A DNA stretch of 64,000 nt from Alphaproteobacteria bacterium (GCA_965221125.1 CBDCRW010000003.1:224001-288000); one strand, 5' to 3'. Counted from the first letter of the stretch, positions 1 through 10,167 are shown. The notes: generated by a model not told the origin, from the sequence alone. Translations and numbers: made by a program.

Positions 1-561
1 GCCGATGGGGACGATCACCGCATCCAGCGCCGGCACCTGGCGCGCGAGTTCCAGTCCCACCGTCGCCGTGCCGCAGGCGATGGTCCGCCCCTCGAAGGGA
101 TGGATCATCGTCCGCCCCTCCTCGCCCTCGATGGCGCGCACGGTCTCGAAGGCCGCGTGCACGTCCGGCACCAGGACCAGCGCCGCGCCGTAGCGGCGCA
201 CCTGGGCGACGCGGAAGGGGTCCGCGCCTTCCATCATCACCACCTTGGCGGTGGTGCCGACGCTGTGCGCGGCGAAGGCCACCGCGATGGCGTGGTTGCC
301 CGCACTCACCGCCGTGACGCCCCTGGCGCGGGCCGCATCGTCGAGAGCCATGGCGCTCAGCAGCGCGCCCCGCGCCTTGAAGGTGCCGGTGCGCTGGAAC
401 AGCTCCAGCTTGAGGAAGACGTCGCTCTCCCGCCCGAGCGCGTCCGAGACCGCCGCCGCGCGCCAGCGGTGCACCGGGGTCGCGTCGATCAGATCGCCGA
501 GGCTCGCCCGTGCCGCCTCCATCGCCGCGAGATCGGGCGGGGACGCGTCGTCCTGTGTCAC
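1..561 (-). CDS. PLP-dependent threonine/serine dehydratase family protein (3' end runs off the window)
   Basis: Manual translation from GTG at 561: ...VFLKLELFQRTGTFKARGA...SAGNHAIAVA...IHPFEG...GTATVGLE. These are fold-type II PLP motifs (F-K-x-R-G-A, SAGNH). Not in the ORF track because it lacks a stop in the window. Confidence 0.85.
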   Translation of the reverse strand, partial: MTQDDASPPDLAAMEAARASLGDLIDATPVHRWRAAAVSDALGRESDVFLKLELFQRTGTFKARGALLSAMALDDAARARGVTAVSAGNHAIAVAFAAHSVGTTAKVVMMEGADPFRVAQVRRYGAALVLVPDVHAAFETVRAIEGEEGRTMIHPFEGRTIACGTATVGLELARQVPALDAVIVPIG

Positions 562-567
562 CCGCCC

Positions 568-1359
568 CTACTCCCCGGAAAAGCGCGGCGCGCGCTTCTC
601 GATGAACGCCGTCACGGCCTCGCGGTGATCGGCGGTGCCGCCGAGCACGCCGTAGGTCGCCGACGCCCGGTCGAGCCCGGCGCGCAGGTCGCCGCCGGCG
701 CCGTCCCGCACCAGCCGCTTGATGGCGCGGATGGCGAGCGTCGGGCCGTCCGCGAGGCGCCGCGCCAGCGCCATGGTCTGCGGCATCAGGTCGTCGTCGG
801 CCACGACGCGGTTGACGAGGCCGATGCGCTCGGCCTCCGCCGCGTCTATGGCGTCGCCCGTCCACAGCAGCTCCAGGGCCTTCGCCGTGCCCACCAGTCG
901 CGGCAGCCAGTGGCCTCCGCCTGCGCCGGGCGCGAGCCCCACCTTGACGTAGGTCTCCGCGAACTTCGCCGAGGCCGCGGCGAAGCGCAGGTCCATGGCG
1001 AGCGCGAGGTCCAGCCCTGCGCCAATGGCCGCCCCGTTGATCGCCGCGATCACCGGCTTGTCCATGTCGGCCAGCGTGAGCGGGATGCGGTGGACGTGCT
1101 CGCCGATGAGCGCCCGCTGCTCGGCGGCGCTGCGCTCCAGCCCGTCGCCCATCAGCTCCTGGATGTCGCCGCCGCTGCAGAACGCCTTGCCCGCTCCGGT
1201 CACCACCACCACGCGCACGTCGTCGCGGTCGCGGCAGTCGGCGAGCGCGGCGGCCCAGGCGTCGATCATGGAGCGGGTGAAGGCGTTGCGCCGCTCCGGC
1301 CGGTTGAGCGTGACGGTCGCGATGCCGTCCGCGACCTCCAGGCGGATCTCGTCGCTCAT
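568..1359 (-). CDS. Enoyl-CoA hydratase/isomerase (crotonase family)
   Basis: TLNRPERRNA, AFCSGGD, KPVIAAINGAAIGAG and FIEKRAPRF motifs; start moved to MSDEIRL. Confidence 0.92.
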   Translation of the reverse strand: MSDEIRLEVADGIATVTLNRPERRNAFTRSMIDAWAAALADCRDRDDVRVVVVTGAGKAFCSGGDIQELMGDGLERSAAEQRALIGEHVHRIPLTLADMDKPVIAAINGAAIGAGLDLALAMDLRFAAASAKFAETYVKVGLAPGAGGGHWLPRLVGTAKALELLWTGDAIDAAEAERIGLVNRVVADDDLMPQTMALARRLADGPTLAIRAIKRLVRDGAGGDLRAGLDRASATYGVLGGTADHREAVTAFIEKRAPRFSGE

Positions 1360-2435
1360 GCGTTCTCTCCCTCGCTCGCCGCGATGCGGCCGGCATTCAC
1401 CATCGTGGGCCAGAGCGCCGCGCCCCCGCCCTGCGCGACCGCGTTGCCGAGCACCTGCCACCAGTGCGCCTCGTTGCCGTACTCCTCGCGCCAGGCCCAG
1501 AGCCGCGTCGTCCAGATGTGCAGGTCGTGCTCCACCGTGTAGCCGATGGCGCCGTGCACCTGGTGCGCGAGCCGGGCCACCGTGCCCGCCGCCTGGCTCG
1601 CCCGCGCCTTGGCGGCGGCACAGGCGAAGCGCGTGCCCGCCTGCGCTGCGGCGTCGACCGCAGCGCCCGTGGCCGCCGCCTCGCCGCCGATCTCGGCGAG
1701 ATGGTGCTGGATCGCCTGGAACCGCGCGAGCGGCCGGCCGAACTGCTCGCGCTCTCGCGCATAAGCCACGGTCATGGCGAGCACCTGCTCCATCGCACCC
1801 CGCAGCTGGGCCGCGCGGGCCAGCGCCATCAACGTGGCCACATCCAAAGCCGGCGGCAGGGCACCACCCGAGAAGACTGTTCCGACATCAGTGATAGCGT
1901 CGCGCGGCTCGCCCGCCAGATTGGCGCCTTCGATCACGGCGGCCGGGCTAGAGAGAACAAGCCCCCCGCCAGAGCTGGCGGCCACAAAGGCGGAAGCGAA
2001 CCGTGCCCAGGGGACGCGCGGGAGCGCGCCGGCATTGGGGTCTCTGTCTTCATGCACCGTCGTCAGCGGGTCGTCTTCCTGCTTCGTCGCCAGCAGGTCG
2101 TCTTCCTGTATTGTCCCCACCGGGTAGACGGTGAGCGGGCCGGCCGGCGGCTCGACCCCGGCTTCGTGGCAGAGCAGCGCCGCGATCATCGTCTCGGCGA
2201 CCGGAATGGGCGCGGCGTGGCGGCCGGCGGCCCGCATCACGGCAAGCCCGGCGGCGAGGCCAGCGCCGCCCGCGTCTTCCGGCAAGGCCGCCTGCGCGAG
2301 CCCGGTCTCGGCGAAGGTCCGCCACAGGCGCTCCGGCCATGCGCCTTCCGCGAGCGCCTGGCGCGCCGCGCCGCTCTCCGCCGCGAACAGGTCGTCGGCC
2401 GTCCGCTCGATCAGGCGTGCCGTCTCGTCGCTCAT
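1356..2435 (-). CDS. Acyl-CoA dehydrogenase-like subunit (short, partner of the upstream ACAD)
   Basis: REQFGRPLARFQAIQH and HQVHGAIGYT motifs; overlaps the next gene by 4 bp. Confidence 0.88.
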   Translation of the reverse strand: MSDETARLIERTADDLFAAESGAARQALAEGAWPERLWRTFAETGLAQAALPEDAGGAGLAAGLAVMRAAGRHAAPIPVAETMIAALLCHEAGVEPPAGPLTVYPVGTIQEDDLLATKQEDDPLTTVHEDRDPNAGALPRVPWARFASAFVAASSGGGLVLSSPAAVIEGANLAGEPRDAITDVGTVFSGGALPPALDVATLMALARAAQLRGAMEQVLAMTVAYAREREQFGRPLARFQAIQHHLAEIGGEAAATGAAVDAAAQAGTRFACAAAKARASQAAGTVARLAHQVHGAIGYTVEHDLHIWTTRLWAWREEYGNEAHWWQVLGNAVAQGGGAALWPTMVNAGRIAASEGENA

Positions 2436-2442
2436 GCGCCCC

Positions 2443-3594
2443 TCACCTGACGCCGAGTCCGCGCGCGATGATCGAGCGCAATATTTCGTTGGTGCCGCCC
2501 CTGAGCGTGAACGACGGCAGCCCCAGCACCGAGGCGCCGAGCGCGGACGCGAGCGAGGGCGCGTTGGCGCTGCCGCCAGCAACGGGCTCGACCGGCACGG
2601 CGCGGCGCAGCGTGTCTGCGGCCTCGAACTCGAAGCGCGTGCCCATGTCCTTCACCATCGCGGCCTCGACGTCGGGGAGCGCGCCCGCCTCAAGCTGGCC
2701 CGCGACAGCGAGCGACATGGCCCGGAGCGCGTAAAGCTCCGCCGCGAGCCGCCCGATATCCCCGGCAATCCCCGGCTCAGGTCCCGCCGCATCGACCAGC
2801 GCCGCGAAGAGATGGAATGTGCTGAGGATGCGCTCCGGCCCACTCCGCTCCAGCGCGAGCTCGCCCGTGACCTGGCGCCAGCCGTCGCCCTCCTCGCCGA
2901 TCAGCCGGTCGGCCGGGATCGTCACGTCCTCGAAGACGCACTCGTTGAAGTCGTGCTTGCCGGCGAGGTTGACGATGGGGTTGACCTGCACGCCGTCGTT
3001 CTCGAGGTCGATGAGGAACTGGCTGAGCCCCTCGTGGCGGCTCTCGCCCGCCGGCCCTGTGCGGCAGAGCGCGATCATGTACTGCGAGCGATGGGCGTTG
3101 CTGGTCCACACCTTGGTGCCGTCGATGCGCCAGCCGTCCGCCGTCCGCTCGGCACGGGTGCGCACCGAGGCAAGGTCGGAGCCGGAGTCGGGCTCGCTCA
3201 TGCCGATGGCGAAGTAGCATTCGCCGGCCGCGATCCGGGGCAGGATGTCGCGGCGCTGCGCCTCGCTGCCGAAGCGCAGCAGCAGCGGGCCGCTCTGCCG
3301 GTCCGCGACCCAGTGGGCGTAGACGGGCGCGCCCGCCGCCAGCAGCTCCTCGATCACGACGTAGCGCTCCAGCGCCGAGCGCTCGTGCCCGCCGTAGCGC
3401 CTGGGCCAGCACATGCCGATCCAGCCGCGCGCGCCGAGCGCCCGGCTGAACGAAGCCGACCAGTCCGAGCCGAAGTCGGAATCGGGCCGCCAGCCCTCGG
3501 CCGTCCGGGATTCGGCAATGAAGGCGCGGACCTCGGCGCGCAGCGCGTCCGTGCCGGGCGGCATCGCCGGCGGCGGGAAGTCGAAACCCGTCAC
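2443..3594 (-). CDS. Acyl-CoA dehydrogenase
   Basis: FAIGMSEPDSGSDLAS, GTKVWTSNA and TLRGGTNEILR motifs; GTG start at VTGFDF inferred. Confidence 0.92.
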   Translation of the reverse strand: MTGFDFPPPAMPPGTDALRAEVRAFIAESRTAEGWRPDSDFGSDWSASFSRALGARGWIGMCWPRRYGGHERSALERYVVIEELLAAGAPVYAHWVADRQSGPLLLRFGSEAQRRDILPRIAAGECYFAIGMSEPDSGSDLASVRTRAERTADGWRIDGTKVWTSNAHRSQYMIALCRTGPAGESRHEGLSQFLIDLENDGVQVNPIVNLAGKHDFNECVFEDVTIPADRLIGEEGDGWRQVTGELALERSGPERILSTFHLFAALVDAAGPEPGIAGDIGRLAAELYALRAMSLAVAGQLEAGALPDVEAAMVKDMGTRFEFEAADTLRRAVPVEPVAGGSANAPSLASALGASVLGLPSFTLRGGTNEILRSIIARGLGVR

Positions 3595-3700
3595 GGTGCG
3601 CGGTGCGCAGTAGTGCGCGGGGAGACGCGCGGGGACTTGCGACCGGCCGCAACCGGCGTAAGTGAGATGAATCCGGCCAACTTTTTTTGGCCAATTTGCC

Positions 3701-3760
3701 GAGACAAGCCGAGACAAGCCGAGATAAGCCGAGACAAGGTGAGACAAGGTGAGATACGGC
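3701..3760. repeat. Six tandem 10-bp repeats (GAGACAAGCC consensus), intergenic
   Basis: Read directly: gagacaagcc gagacaagcc gagataagcc gagacaaggt gagacaaggt gagatacggc. Confidence 0.9.
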
Positions 3761-3955
3761 TGCGCGGCCGGAGTCCGCCCTCGATCGCCTCGGAAACGGG
3801 AGCGCGACGGGCAGGCGCCATCCCTCCCTGCATGGAGCAACCGTTCATCTCGATGGCCGCGGCTCGCCGGTTCTTGCCCTGCATGACGGGATCGTGCCGC
3901 GGACGCCCCGCCCCGTGCACCGCACCATGGTCCGGTGCGTCGAATACGGGAACGA

Positions 3956-5008
3956 TCAGCCGCCGAAGGCCGCGCGGTAGCGCGCGAGCTTGGCCTGCCA
4001 CGCCGCGTCCTCCCGGATCGCGCGGTTGACGATGGCCGGCGGCTCCTCGCCCCGCTTCAGCGCCTGGCAGGCCACGACGTCACCCGCGCCGAGGCCGGCG
4101 AAGCACTGGTCGGTCCAGGCCAGCGCGTGGGGCGAGAACACCACGTTGTCGAGCTTGAGGATGGGGTCGGCCGGATCCGGCGGCTCGGGGTCGAGCACGT
4201 CGAGGCCCGCGCCCGCGATCCGCCCCTCCTGCAGCGCGGCCGTCAGCGCCTTCTGGTCCACCGTGCCGCCGCGCGAGGTGTTCACCAGGTAGGCCGTGGG
4301 CTTCATCAGGCCGATGAGGCGGCCGTCCACGATGTGATGGGTCTCGTCGCTTAGCGGGCAGTTGACGGTGAGGATGTCCGCCTCGCGGCAGAGCGTGTCG
4401 AGAGCGACCATCTTCACGCCGAGCTCCGCTGCCACCGCCGCATCGGCGTAGGGGTCGCAGGCGATGAAGTTCATGTCGAAGGGCTTGGCCATGCGGAACA
4501 TCTCGGCCCCGATGTTGCCGATGCCGACCGAGCCCAGCGTCTTGCCGATCAGCCCCACGCCCATGTGCCCGCTCCTCTTGGCGAAGCCGGGCGGGCCCTC
4601 GATGGTGAGCTGGTGCTTGATCAGCAGCTTGCCGGTGACGGCGAGGATCAGCGCGATGATGGCGACGGCCACCGGGCGGCGCACGCCGTCCGGCGTGATG
4701 ACCAGCGCGATGCCGTTCTCCGTACACGCCGGCACGTCCACGCTGTCGTAGCCCACGCCGAAGCGCGCGACCAGGGCGAGGCGGCCGTCGTCCGGCACGC
4801 TGGAGCGCTCGAAGCGCTGGGCCAGCAGGATGAGCGCGTCGTGGCCGGCAAGCTCGGACGCGTCCACCGGCCCGTCGGTGTTCTCCAGGTAGCGCCACTC
4901 GATGTCCGGGTCGTCGTCGAGCGGCGTGCGGTCGAACATGGGGAAGAGGGGCTCGCCCTCCGCGTCGAGAAAGTCCGCGCTCAGCGCGATTCTGAACTTA
5001 TCGGCCAT
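3956..5008 (-). CDS. D-isomer-specific 2-hydroxyacid dehydrogenase (NAD-binding)
   Basis: GSVGIGNIG Rossmann motif, LVNTSRG, AGLDVLDPEP, SPH. Confidence 0.92.
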   Translation of the reverse strand: MADKFRIALSADFLDAEGEPLFPMFDRTPLDDDPDIEWRYLENTDGPVDASELAGHDALILLAQRFERSSVPDDGRLALVARFGVGYDSVDVPACTENGIALVITPDGVRRPVAVAIIALILAVTGKLLIKHQLTIEGPPGFAKRSGHMGVGLIGKTLGSVGIGNIGAEMFRMAKPFDMNFIACDPYADAAVAAELGVKMVALDTLCREADILTVNCPLSDETHHIVDGRLIGLMKPTAYLVNTSRGGTVDQKALTAALQEGRIAGAGLDVLDPEPPDPADPILKLDNVVFSPHALAWTDQCFAGLGAGDVVACQALKRGEEPPAIVNRAIREDAAWQAKLARYRAAFGG

Positions 5009-5035
5009 AACCCGTTGATCTCCCTTATCTCTCTT

Positions 5036-5836
5036 CTATCTCTGGGGCCGCCGCCGGCCCCGCTTGCACTGGGCGCGGAGGCCGTCTGCGCCTTCGCGCA
5101 TGGACTGTTGCAGCAGCCACACATCGCCCGAATAGCAGATGAAGTCGAAGCCCTCCTTGAAGAGCGCAGCCCCGGTCTCGACGTTCGGCACCAGCCGGCC
5201 GAGGGACTTGTTGTGCGTCTTCGCGGCCTGCACGACGCGCGCCACCGCGGCGACGAAGTCCGGATGGTCGAACTGGCCCGCGATACCCATGGAGACCGAG
5301 AGATCGAAGTGGCCGATCCAGAGCACGTCCACGTCGTCGATCGCCGCGATGTCGTCGGCGTTCTCCACCCCCTCGGCGGTCTCGATCAGGGCGACGAAGG
5401 TGCAGCGGTGGTTAGCGTCCCGCAGCTTCTTTCTCACGGGGCCGGGCGCATAGCGGTCGTGCGCGATCTGCAGCGCGACGCCGCGCTCGCCGTCCGGCGC
5501 GTACTTGACGTAGCTCAGCAGCTCGCGCGCGACCTTCGCCGAGCCCACCATCGGCAGCATGATGCCCTCGGCACCCATGTCCATGGCCCGCGCCGCGTGG
5601 TGGTACTCGCGCGACGGCACGCGCACGATCGCCGGCATGTCGCCCGCCTGCATGTAGCGCAGCGTCTGCTTGATCGCCTCGAAGCCGAAGCCGGAATGCT
5701 CCATGTCGAGCAGCACGAACTCGCAGCCGGCGGCCTTCAGGATCTGGCCGATCCCCGGCGTGTTGAACTCCACCACGAAGGTGCCGACCTTGAGCCGGCC
5801 GTGGCGGCTCATCTCCTTGAGGGCGTGTTCTGCCAT
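5036..5836 (-). CDS. HpcH/HpaI aldolase family protein
   Basis: LLDMEHS, IVRVP, ALIET, LWIGHFDLS motifs; GGAGG RBS before MAEHALK. Confidence 0.9.
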   Translation of the reverse strand: MAEHALKEMSRHGRLKVGTFVVEFNTPGIGQILKAAGCEFVLLDMEHSGFGFEAIKQTLRYMQAGDMPAIVRVPSREYHHAARAMDMGAEGIMLPMVGSAKVARELLSYVKYAPDGERGVALQIAHDRYAPGPVRKKLRDANHRCTFVALIETAEGVENADDIAAIDDVDVLWIGHFDLSVSMGIAGQFDHPDFVAAVARVVQAAKTHNKSLGRLVPNVETGAALFKEGFDFICYSGDVWLLQQSMREGADGLRAQCKRGRRRPQR

Positions 5837-5878
5837 GTCCTCCAACCTTTTCCTCGATCCGTCGGATTTCTTTGCCCG

Positions 5879-7858
5879 TCAGGCGCCGATCTCGATGCGC
5901 GCGACCGCGAACGGCGCGAGCGATAGGCGATTCGGGTCGCCCGCTTCTCCCCGGCTTGCTGCGAAGCCTGCCGGGTCCGTCACCGCGTCGACGAAGTTGC
6001 TCGAATCCAGCCGGCCGATGGTCGCCGCGCCGCCCGAGAGGCCCGAGAGCGATACCGCCTGCGTCTCCGGCGTGAGGTTGGCGAGCCAGAGCATCGTGCC
6101 GCCGCCCAACTCGTAGGCGAGGCCGAGCACGCGGGTCGCATCCGCGCTCGTCACCGCGCGCACGGCCGCCCCCTTCGCCGCCGCCAGCGCCGAGACGACG
6201 TGGTAGAGCGGCATTACCGCCGGCCCTTCCAGATCGTCGAACCAGGGCTGCGGCTGCCCGGTCCTGCGATAGACCATGCCGAGCGCGCCGGAAGGCTGGC
6301 CGAGCGCCAGCGCCTCGATGCCGAGCGGCGCCACGCGGGCGGCATAGCCGAGGGTGAAGGCGGCGCCGAGCAAGGCACGGTGGCGCGGGTCCTGCCGGTT
6401 GAAGGAGTAGCGCCCGTTGTCGGCGTTCTGGTGGACGTCGGGGCCATACGGGTTGAAGCGCATGCCGATGGCGCTCGGCGCGATACGGTAGGGCTTGCCG
6501 CCGGCCCACGCCTTGGCCGAGGCGACGATGTCGGGCAGCGTCTGCAGCGTCTCCATCACCGAGCGGTCGTCCGGCTCGTGCACGACGGCGCAGGTGGCGT
6601 GCGTGAGGAAGTCGAAGAGCGCGGGCTGGGCGACATTGCGGTTCAGCTCGGTGAAGTTGGTGAAGACGCCGCCGCCCAAGCGCACGCCGGGGAAGGCCGC
6701 CCTGGCCGCGTCATACACCTCGTCGAAGTCGGGGATGCCAAGGGCCGGGATCTTCTCCAGCGTGAACTTCAGCAGCCGCGCCTGCTCGGGCACGATGGCG
6801 GCGGGCCTGAGCCCGGCCTGGGCCGCGATCTCGGCCGCCTCCGCCAGCTCGTCCAGCACCGGCCGCTCGCAGGGCACCGTGATCTCCAGCACCACCTCGG
6901 CGCCCAGGGCCTCGGCGAGCCCCCGGCCGGCGGCCAGCGCGTCGGCTGCGTGCTCGTCGCGCGGGTCGCACTCGCAGACGAGATGCCCCGGCCCCAGCGT
7001 CTTGAGCAGGTCGAGCCCGTGGCCCAGGTGCGCGCGCTCCAGGTTGGCGACACCGAGCCCGATCTCGGGCATGTGCGCCCCGGTCTCGCCGCCGAGCGCG
7101 ATCTCGATGGCCGCATCGCCGCCCGCGCCCACGGAAGCCGGCGCGGCGCTCCCCTCGAAGGTCAGCGTCGCGACCTGGCGCAGCCGCTCGCCCGCGGCCA
7201 GCGGGTAGGGATAGGGCAGCGCCAGCGGGCGGTAATAGGTCTTGTAGGAGGCATCGGTCCAGTTGCGCTGGTCCTCGGTCTCCCACGGATCGGCGCCCTC
7301 GAAGCGGCAGGTGAGCCAGACCCCCGGCGCGACCCGGTGGCGCATGGCGGAAATGTCGAAGAAGGGCTGCAACGGCATGATGAGACCGGGGAAGGCGGTC
7401 TCCTCCACCGTGCCTTCGCTATGGGTGATGCTGCAGGCCTCGCCCGCCACCCCTTCCACCGGGTGCAGCGCGACGAAGCCCGTGCGGCTGGTCCTGAACT
7501 CGGTCTCCGGCTCGAACTCGACCGTGAAGACGAGGCGCCGCTCGTCCTCGGCCACGATGTCGGCGCGGTAGGCGAGCACGCCGTCCGGCGACTCGATGCG
7601 CGCGTCGTAGCCGACGCGAAAGCCGCTTGCGCCCTCCTCGATCTCCAGGTTCGCGATCTCCGGCGCATAGGTCTCCCAGCCCGAGCCGCGCACCACGAAG
7701 GCGAGGCCGCGCAAGGCTTCCGTGCCGCCGAAGCGGATCCAGCGGAGCTTGCCGGCGTCGAGCGAGGCCGTGAGCGCACCTGCGCCGAGAGGCCGCGCCG
7801 CCGGCGCCTCCTGCTCCGTGCCGTAAAGCTTGAGCGCCTCGGATGGTGCCGTCGTCAT
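5879..7858 (-). CDS. D-apionate lactonase (ApnL)-like protein
   Basis: N-terminal LYGT...L.AG.L.A.LD.G.LRWI, then WETEDQRNWTDASYKTYYRPLALPYPY, FTELNR and DDRSVMETL, recognised as ApnL-family segments. Confidence 0.7.
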   Translation of the reverse strand: MTTAPSEALKLYGTEQEAPAARPLGAGALTASLDAGKLRWIRFGGTEALRGLAFVVRGSGWETYAPEIANLEIEEGASGFRVGYDARIESPDGVLAYRADIVAEDERRLVFTVEFEPETEFRTSRTGFVALHPVEGVAGEACSITHSEGTVEETAFPGLIMPLQPFFDISAMRHRVAPGVWLTCRFEGADPWETEDQRNWTDASYKTYYRPLALPYPYPLAAGERLRQVATLTFEGSAAPASVGAGGDAAIEIALGGETGAHMPEIGLGVANLERAHLGHGLDLLKTLGPGHLVCECDPRDEHAADALAAGRGLAEALGAEVVLEITVPCERPVLDELAEAAEIAAQAGLRPAAIVPEQARLLKFTLEKIPALGIPDFDEVYDAARAAFPGVRLGGGVFTNFTELNRNVAQPALFDFLTHATCAVVHEPDDRSVMETLQTLPDIVASAKAWAGGKPYRIAPSAIGMRFNPYGPDVHQNADNGRYSFNRQDPRHRALLGAAFTLGYAARVAPLGIEALALGQPSGALGMVYRRTGQPQPWFDDLEGPAVMPLYHVVSALAAAKGAAVRAVTSADATRVLGLAYELGGGTMLWLANLTPETQAVSLSGLSGGAATIGRLDSSNFVDAVTDPAGFAASRGEAGDPNRLSLAPFAVARIEIGA

Positions 7859-7927
7859 CTCGCCTCCCCTGCCCCCGGCTTCGTGCCGCCCGTTATAGCA
7901 GGGCGCGCGGCCGGCAGCACCGGGCGC

Positions 7928-8938
7928 TCAGGCGCCGACCTCCTCCCACCGGCCGCTCTCGCCGGAGCGCGCGAGCGCATCGAGCACCCGCATCATCCTG
8001 ACCGACTCCTCCAGCGGGAAGGCCGGCGGCGCCTCGCCCCGCACGGCCGCGCAGAAGGCCTCGGCCTGCAGCACGTACTGCTTCGCCTTCGCCAGCCGCT
8101 CGACCTCCGCCTCGAACGGCTCCCAGATCGCGCCCGGCCCGTGGATCCTGATCTGGGCCTCGCGGGTCGGCGCCTGGGCGAAGGGGTCGGGCAGCTCGAT
8201 CCGCCCCTCGGTGCCGTGGACCGCCATGTGCTGGTAGCCGCCCAGCAGCGTGCCGCAGGTGAAGCTCAGGATGCCGGTGGGGAACTGCAGCACCGCGCTG
8301 GACAGCACGTCCACGTCCCACTCCGGGTGCCGCTCGATGGCGGCGAAGACGCGCACCGGCTCCGCCTCGAAGACGAAGCGCGCGGTGACCAGCGGATAGA
8401 CGCCGATGTCGAGCAGCCCGCCGCCGCCCATCTCCCGCTTGTTGCGGATGTTCCCGGCATCGTCCAGCCAGTAGCTGAACCAGCCCTGGATCGCCCGCAG
8501 CCGGCCGATCCGGCCTTCCCGCACCAGCTCTCGCACCCGTCGCCACTGCGGGTGGTGGATCACGACGTAGGCCTCCTGAATCTGCAGTCCGGTCTCGTCG
8601 CGGACCGGGATCAGGCTCGCAGCCTCCGTCGCATCCAGCGCGATCGGCTTCTCGCAGAGCACGTGCTTGCCGGCGCGCGCCGCCTTCTCGGTCCACGGCA
8701 CGTGGAGGTGGTTGGGCAGCGGGTTGTAGACCACGTCGATATCGGGATCGGCCAGCAGGGACTCGTAGTCGCCGTAAGCGCGGGGCAAGCCGAACTGCTC
8801 CGCCACCGCGTCGGCCCTGGCCTGATCGCGGCTCGCGATGCCGTGGACGCGCACGCCGGCGGACTGCTGCAGCGCCGGGATCATGTGCTCGATGGCGAAA
8901 TACGAGGCGCCGAGCACGCCCCAGTTGAGCGTCGTCAT
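7928..8938 (-). CDS. Gfo/Idh/MocA family oxidoreductase
   Basis: YNPLPNHLH, GKHVLCEKP and GGGGLLDIGVY motifs. Confidence 0.93.
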   Translation of the reverse strand: MTTLNWGVLGASYFAIEHMIPALQQSAGVRVHGIASRDQARADAVAEQFGLPRAYGDYESLLADPDIDVVYNPLPNHLHVPWTEKAARAGKHVLCEKPIALDATEAASLIPVRDETGLQIQEAYVVIHHPQWRRVRELVREGRIGRLRAIQGWFSYWLDDAGNIRNKREMGGGGLLDIGVYPLVTARFVFEAEPVRVFAAIERHPEWDVDVLSSAVLQFPTGILSFTCGTLLGGYQHMAVHGTEGRIELPDPFAQAPTREAQIRIHGPGAIWEPFEAEVERLAKAKQYVLQAEAFCAAVRGEAPPAFPLEESVRMMRVLDALARSGESGRWEEVGA

Positions 8939-9014
8939 CCCACTCTCCCCGGCCCTTTCTGAGCCGCGCCATCCTGCGGGAACGCCCGTCCAGGCTCAAG
9001 GGCGCCGCCCCGGC

Positions 9015-10157
9015 TCAGGCCGCGACCCGGCATACAACCTCGTTGCCGAAGCCGGTGATGACGCGGCGCCAGCCGGCGAGCGCGCGGTCGAGGTCGGGAT
9101 CGCCGGTATCGACATGGAGCGTGCCGTCGCCGAGCGACGCGAGCTTTTGGGGCGTCGCCGCGACGAGAAGGCGGTCGAGGCCCACGGCGTTGACCACGCG
9201 GGCGCCGATCTGCTGGTTGCCGCGCCCCAGAAAATGCCCCTGGCCGCCGATGGGCGTGACGACGATGGCGCCGGGGCGGCTCTCGGCCAGCGCGCGGAGG
9301 ATGCCGTGCTCGCTCGCGTCGGCGGCCACCAGCGCCCCGTCCCGCACCAGGTCCACGCCGAGCAGGGTTTTCGGCAGCCCGAGCGCCTCGGCGATGGCGC
9401 GCGTGGTGGTGCCGGGCCCCAGGATGTAGAGCCGCCCGGCCTCCATCCTCGCGGTGATCTCGGCGGCGATGCCGGCGAGCGATTCGCGGTCGCCGCTGAC
9501 CCCGCCCGCCTTCACGTTTTGCGTGAGGTTCGGTGCGTAAGGCACGGGCAAATATGCATAAAGCCTTGCAGAGACGGCGCCGGCACGAAACGCCTCCTCG
9601 TCGATGTCCATGACCTCGCGCGGCCGCGCCTCGATGTCCTGGCTGAGCGCGCGGAGCGCGAGATCGGCGGCGGCACGCGGGCTCGTGGCATAGACCGCCG
9701 AGTGCATCTTCACGCCGGCCGGCACGCCGATCACCTGCACCCGGTCGCCCAGCGCGGCCGCCATGTCGCGCGCGGTGCCGTCGCCGCCGGCGAAGAGGAT
9801 CAGCCGGGCGCCGGCTTCTGCCATCGCCTCGGCCGCGGCGCGCGTGTCGGCCGCACCGGTCTCGACCGCGCCGGTCTCGCCTTCGGCCGGAGCGCCGATG
9901 ACCGTCGGGTCGAGGCCGGCGTCCCGCGCGATCCGCTCGCCCATCTCGCCGGGGGCGGAAAAAAGCTCCAAGCCGGGCCGCGCGGCGGCGAGCGCATCCA
10001 GCACCACCGTCGCCCGGCGGGCCGCCTGCGGCGCCGCGCCCCTGGCGCGGGCCTCGCTCAGGATGGCCGCCGTGTCCGTGCCCTTGAGCCCGACGCTGCC
10101 GCCCATCCCGGCGATGGGGTTGACGATGAGGCCGAGGGCCGGCCCCGCTTTCGCCAT
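9015..10157 (-). CDS. ATP-NAD kinase/AcoX-like protein
   Basis: GLIVNPIAGMGG, GGDGTARD, GVKMHS, TLLGVD and GRGNQQ motifs. Confidence 0.85.
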   Translation of the reverse strand: MAKAGPALGLIVNPIAGMGGSVGLKGTDTAAILSEARARGAAPQAARRATVVLDALAAARPGLELFSAPGEMGERIARDAGLDPTVIGAPAEGETGAVETGAADTRAAAEAMAEAGARLILFAGGDGTARDMAAALGDRVQVIGVPAGVKMHSAVYATSPRAAADLALRALSQDIEARPREVMDIDEEAFRAGAVSARLYAYLPVPYAPNLTQNVKAGGVSGDRESLAGIAAEITARMEAGRLYILGPGTTTRAIAEALGLPKTLLGVDLVRDGALVAADASEHGILRALAESRPGAIVVTPIGGQGHFLGRGNQQIGARVVNAVGLDRLLVAATPQKLASLGDGTLHVDTGDPDLDRALAGWRRVITGFGNEVVCRVAA

Positions 10158-10167
10158 CGCGTGCCGC

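Noticed and set aside
3701-3760. Tandem array as a CRISPR
   Set aside because: 10-bp units with no spacers and no cas genes in the window.
6200-8962. Long ORFs such as 6200..8962(+), 43607..46393(-) and 56227..59013(+)
   Set aside because: Antisense shadows of recognisable genes in high-GC DNA; no family motifs.
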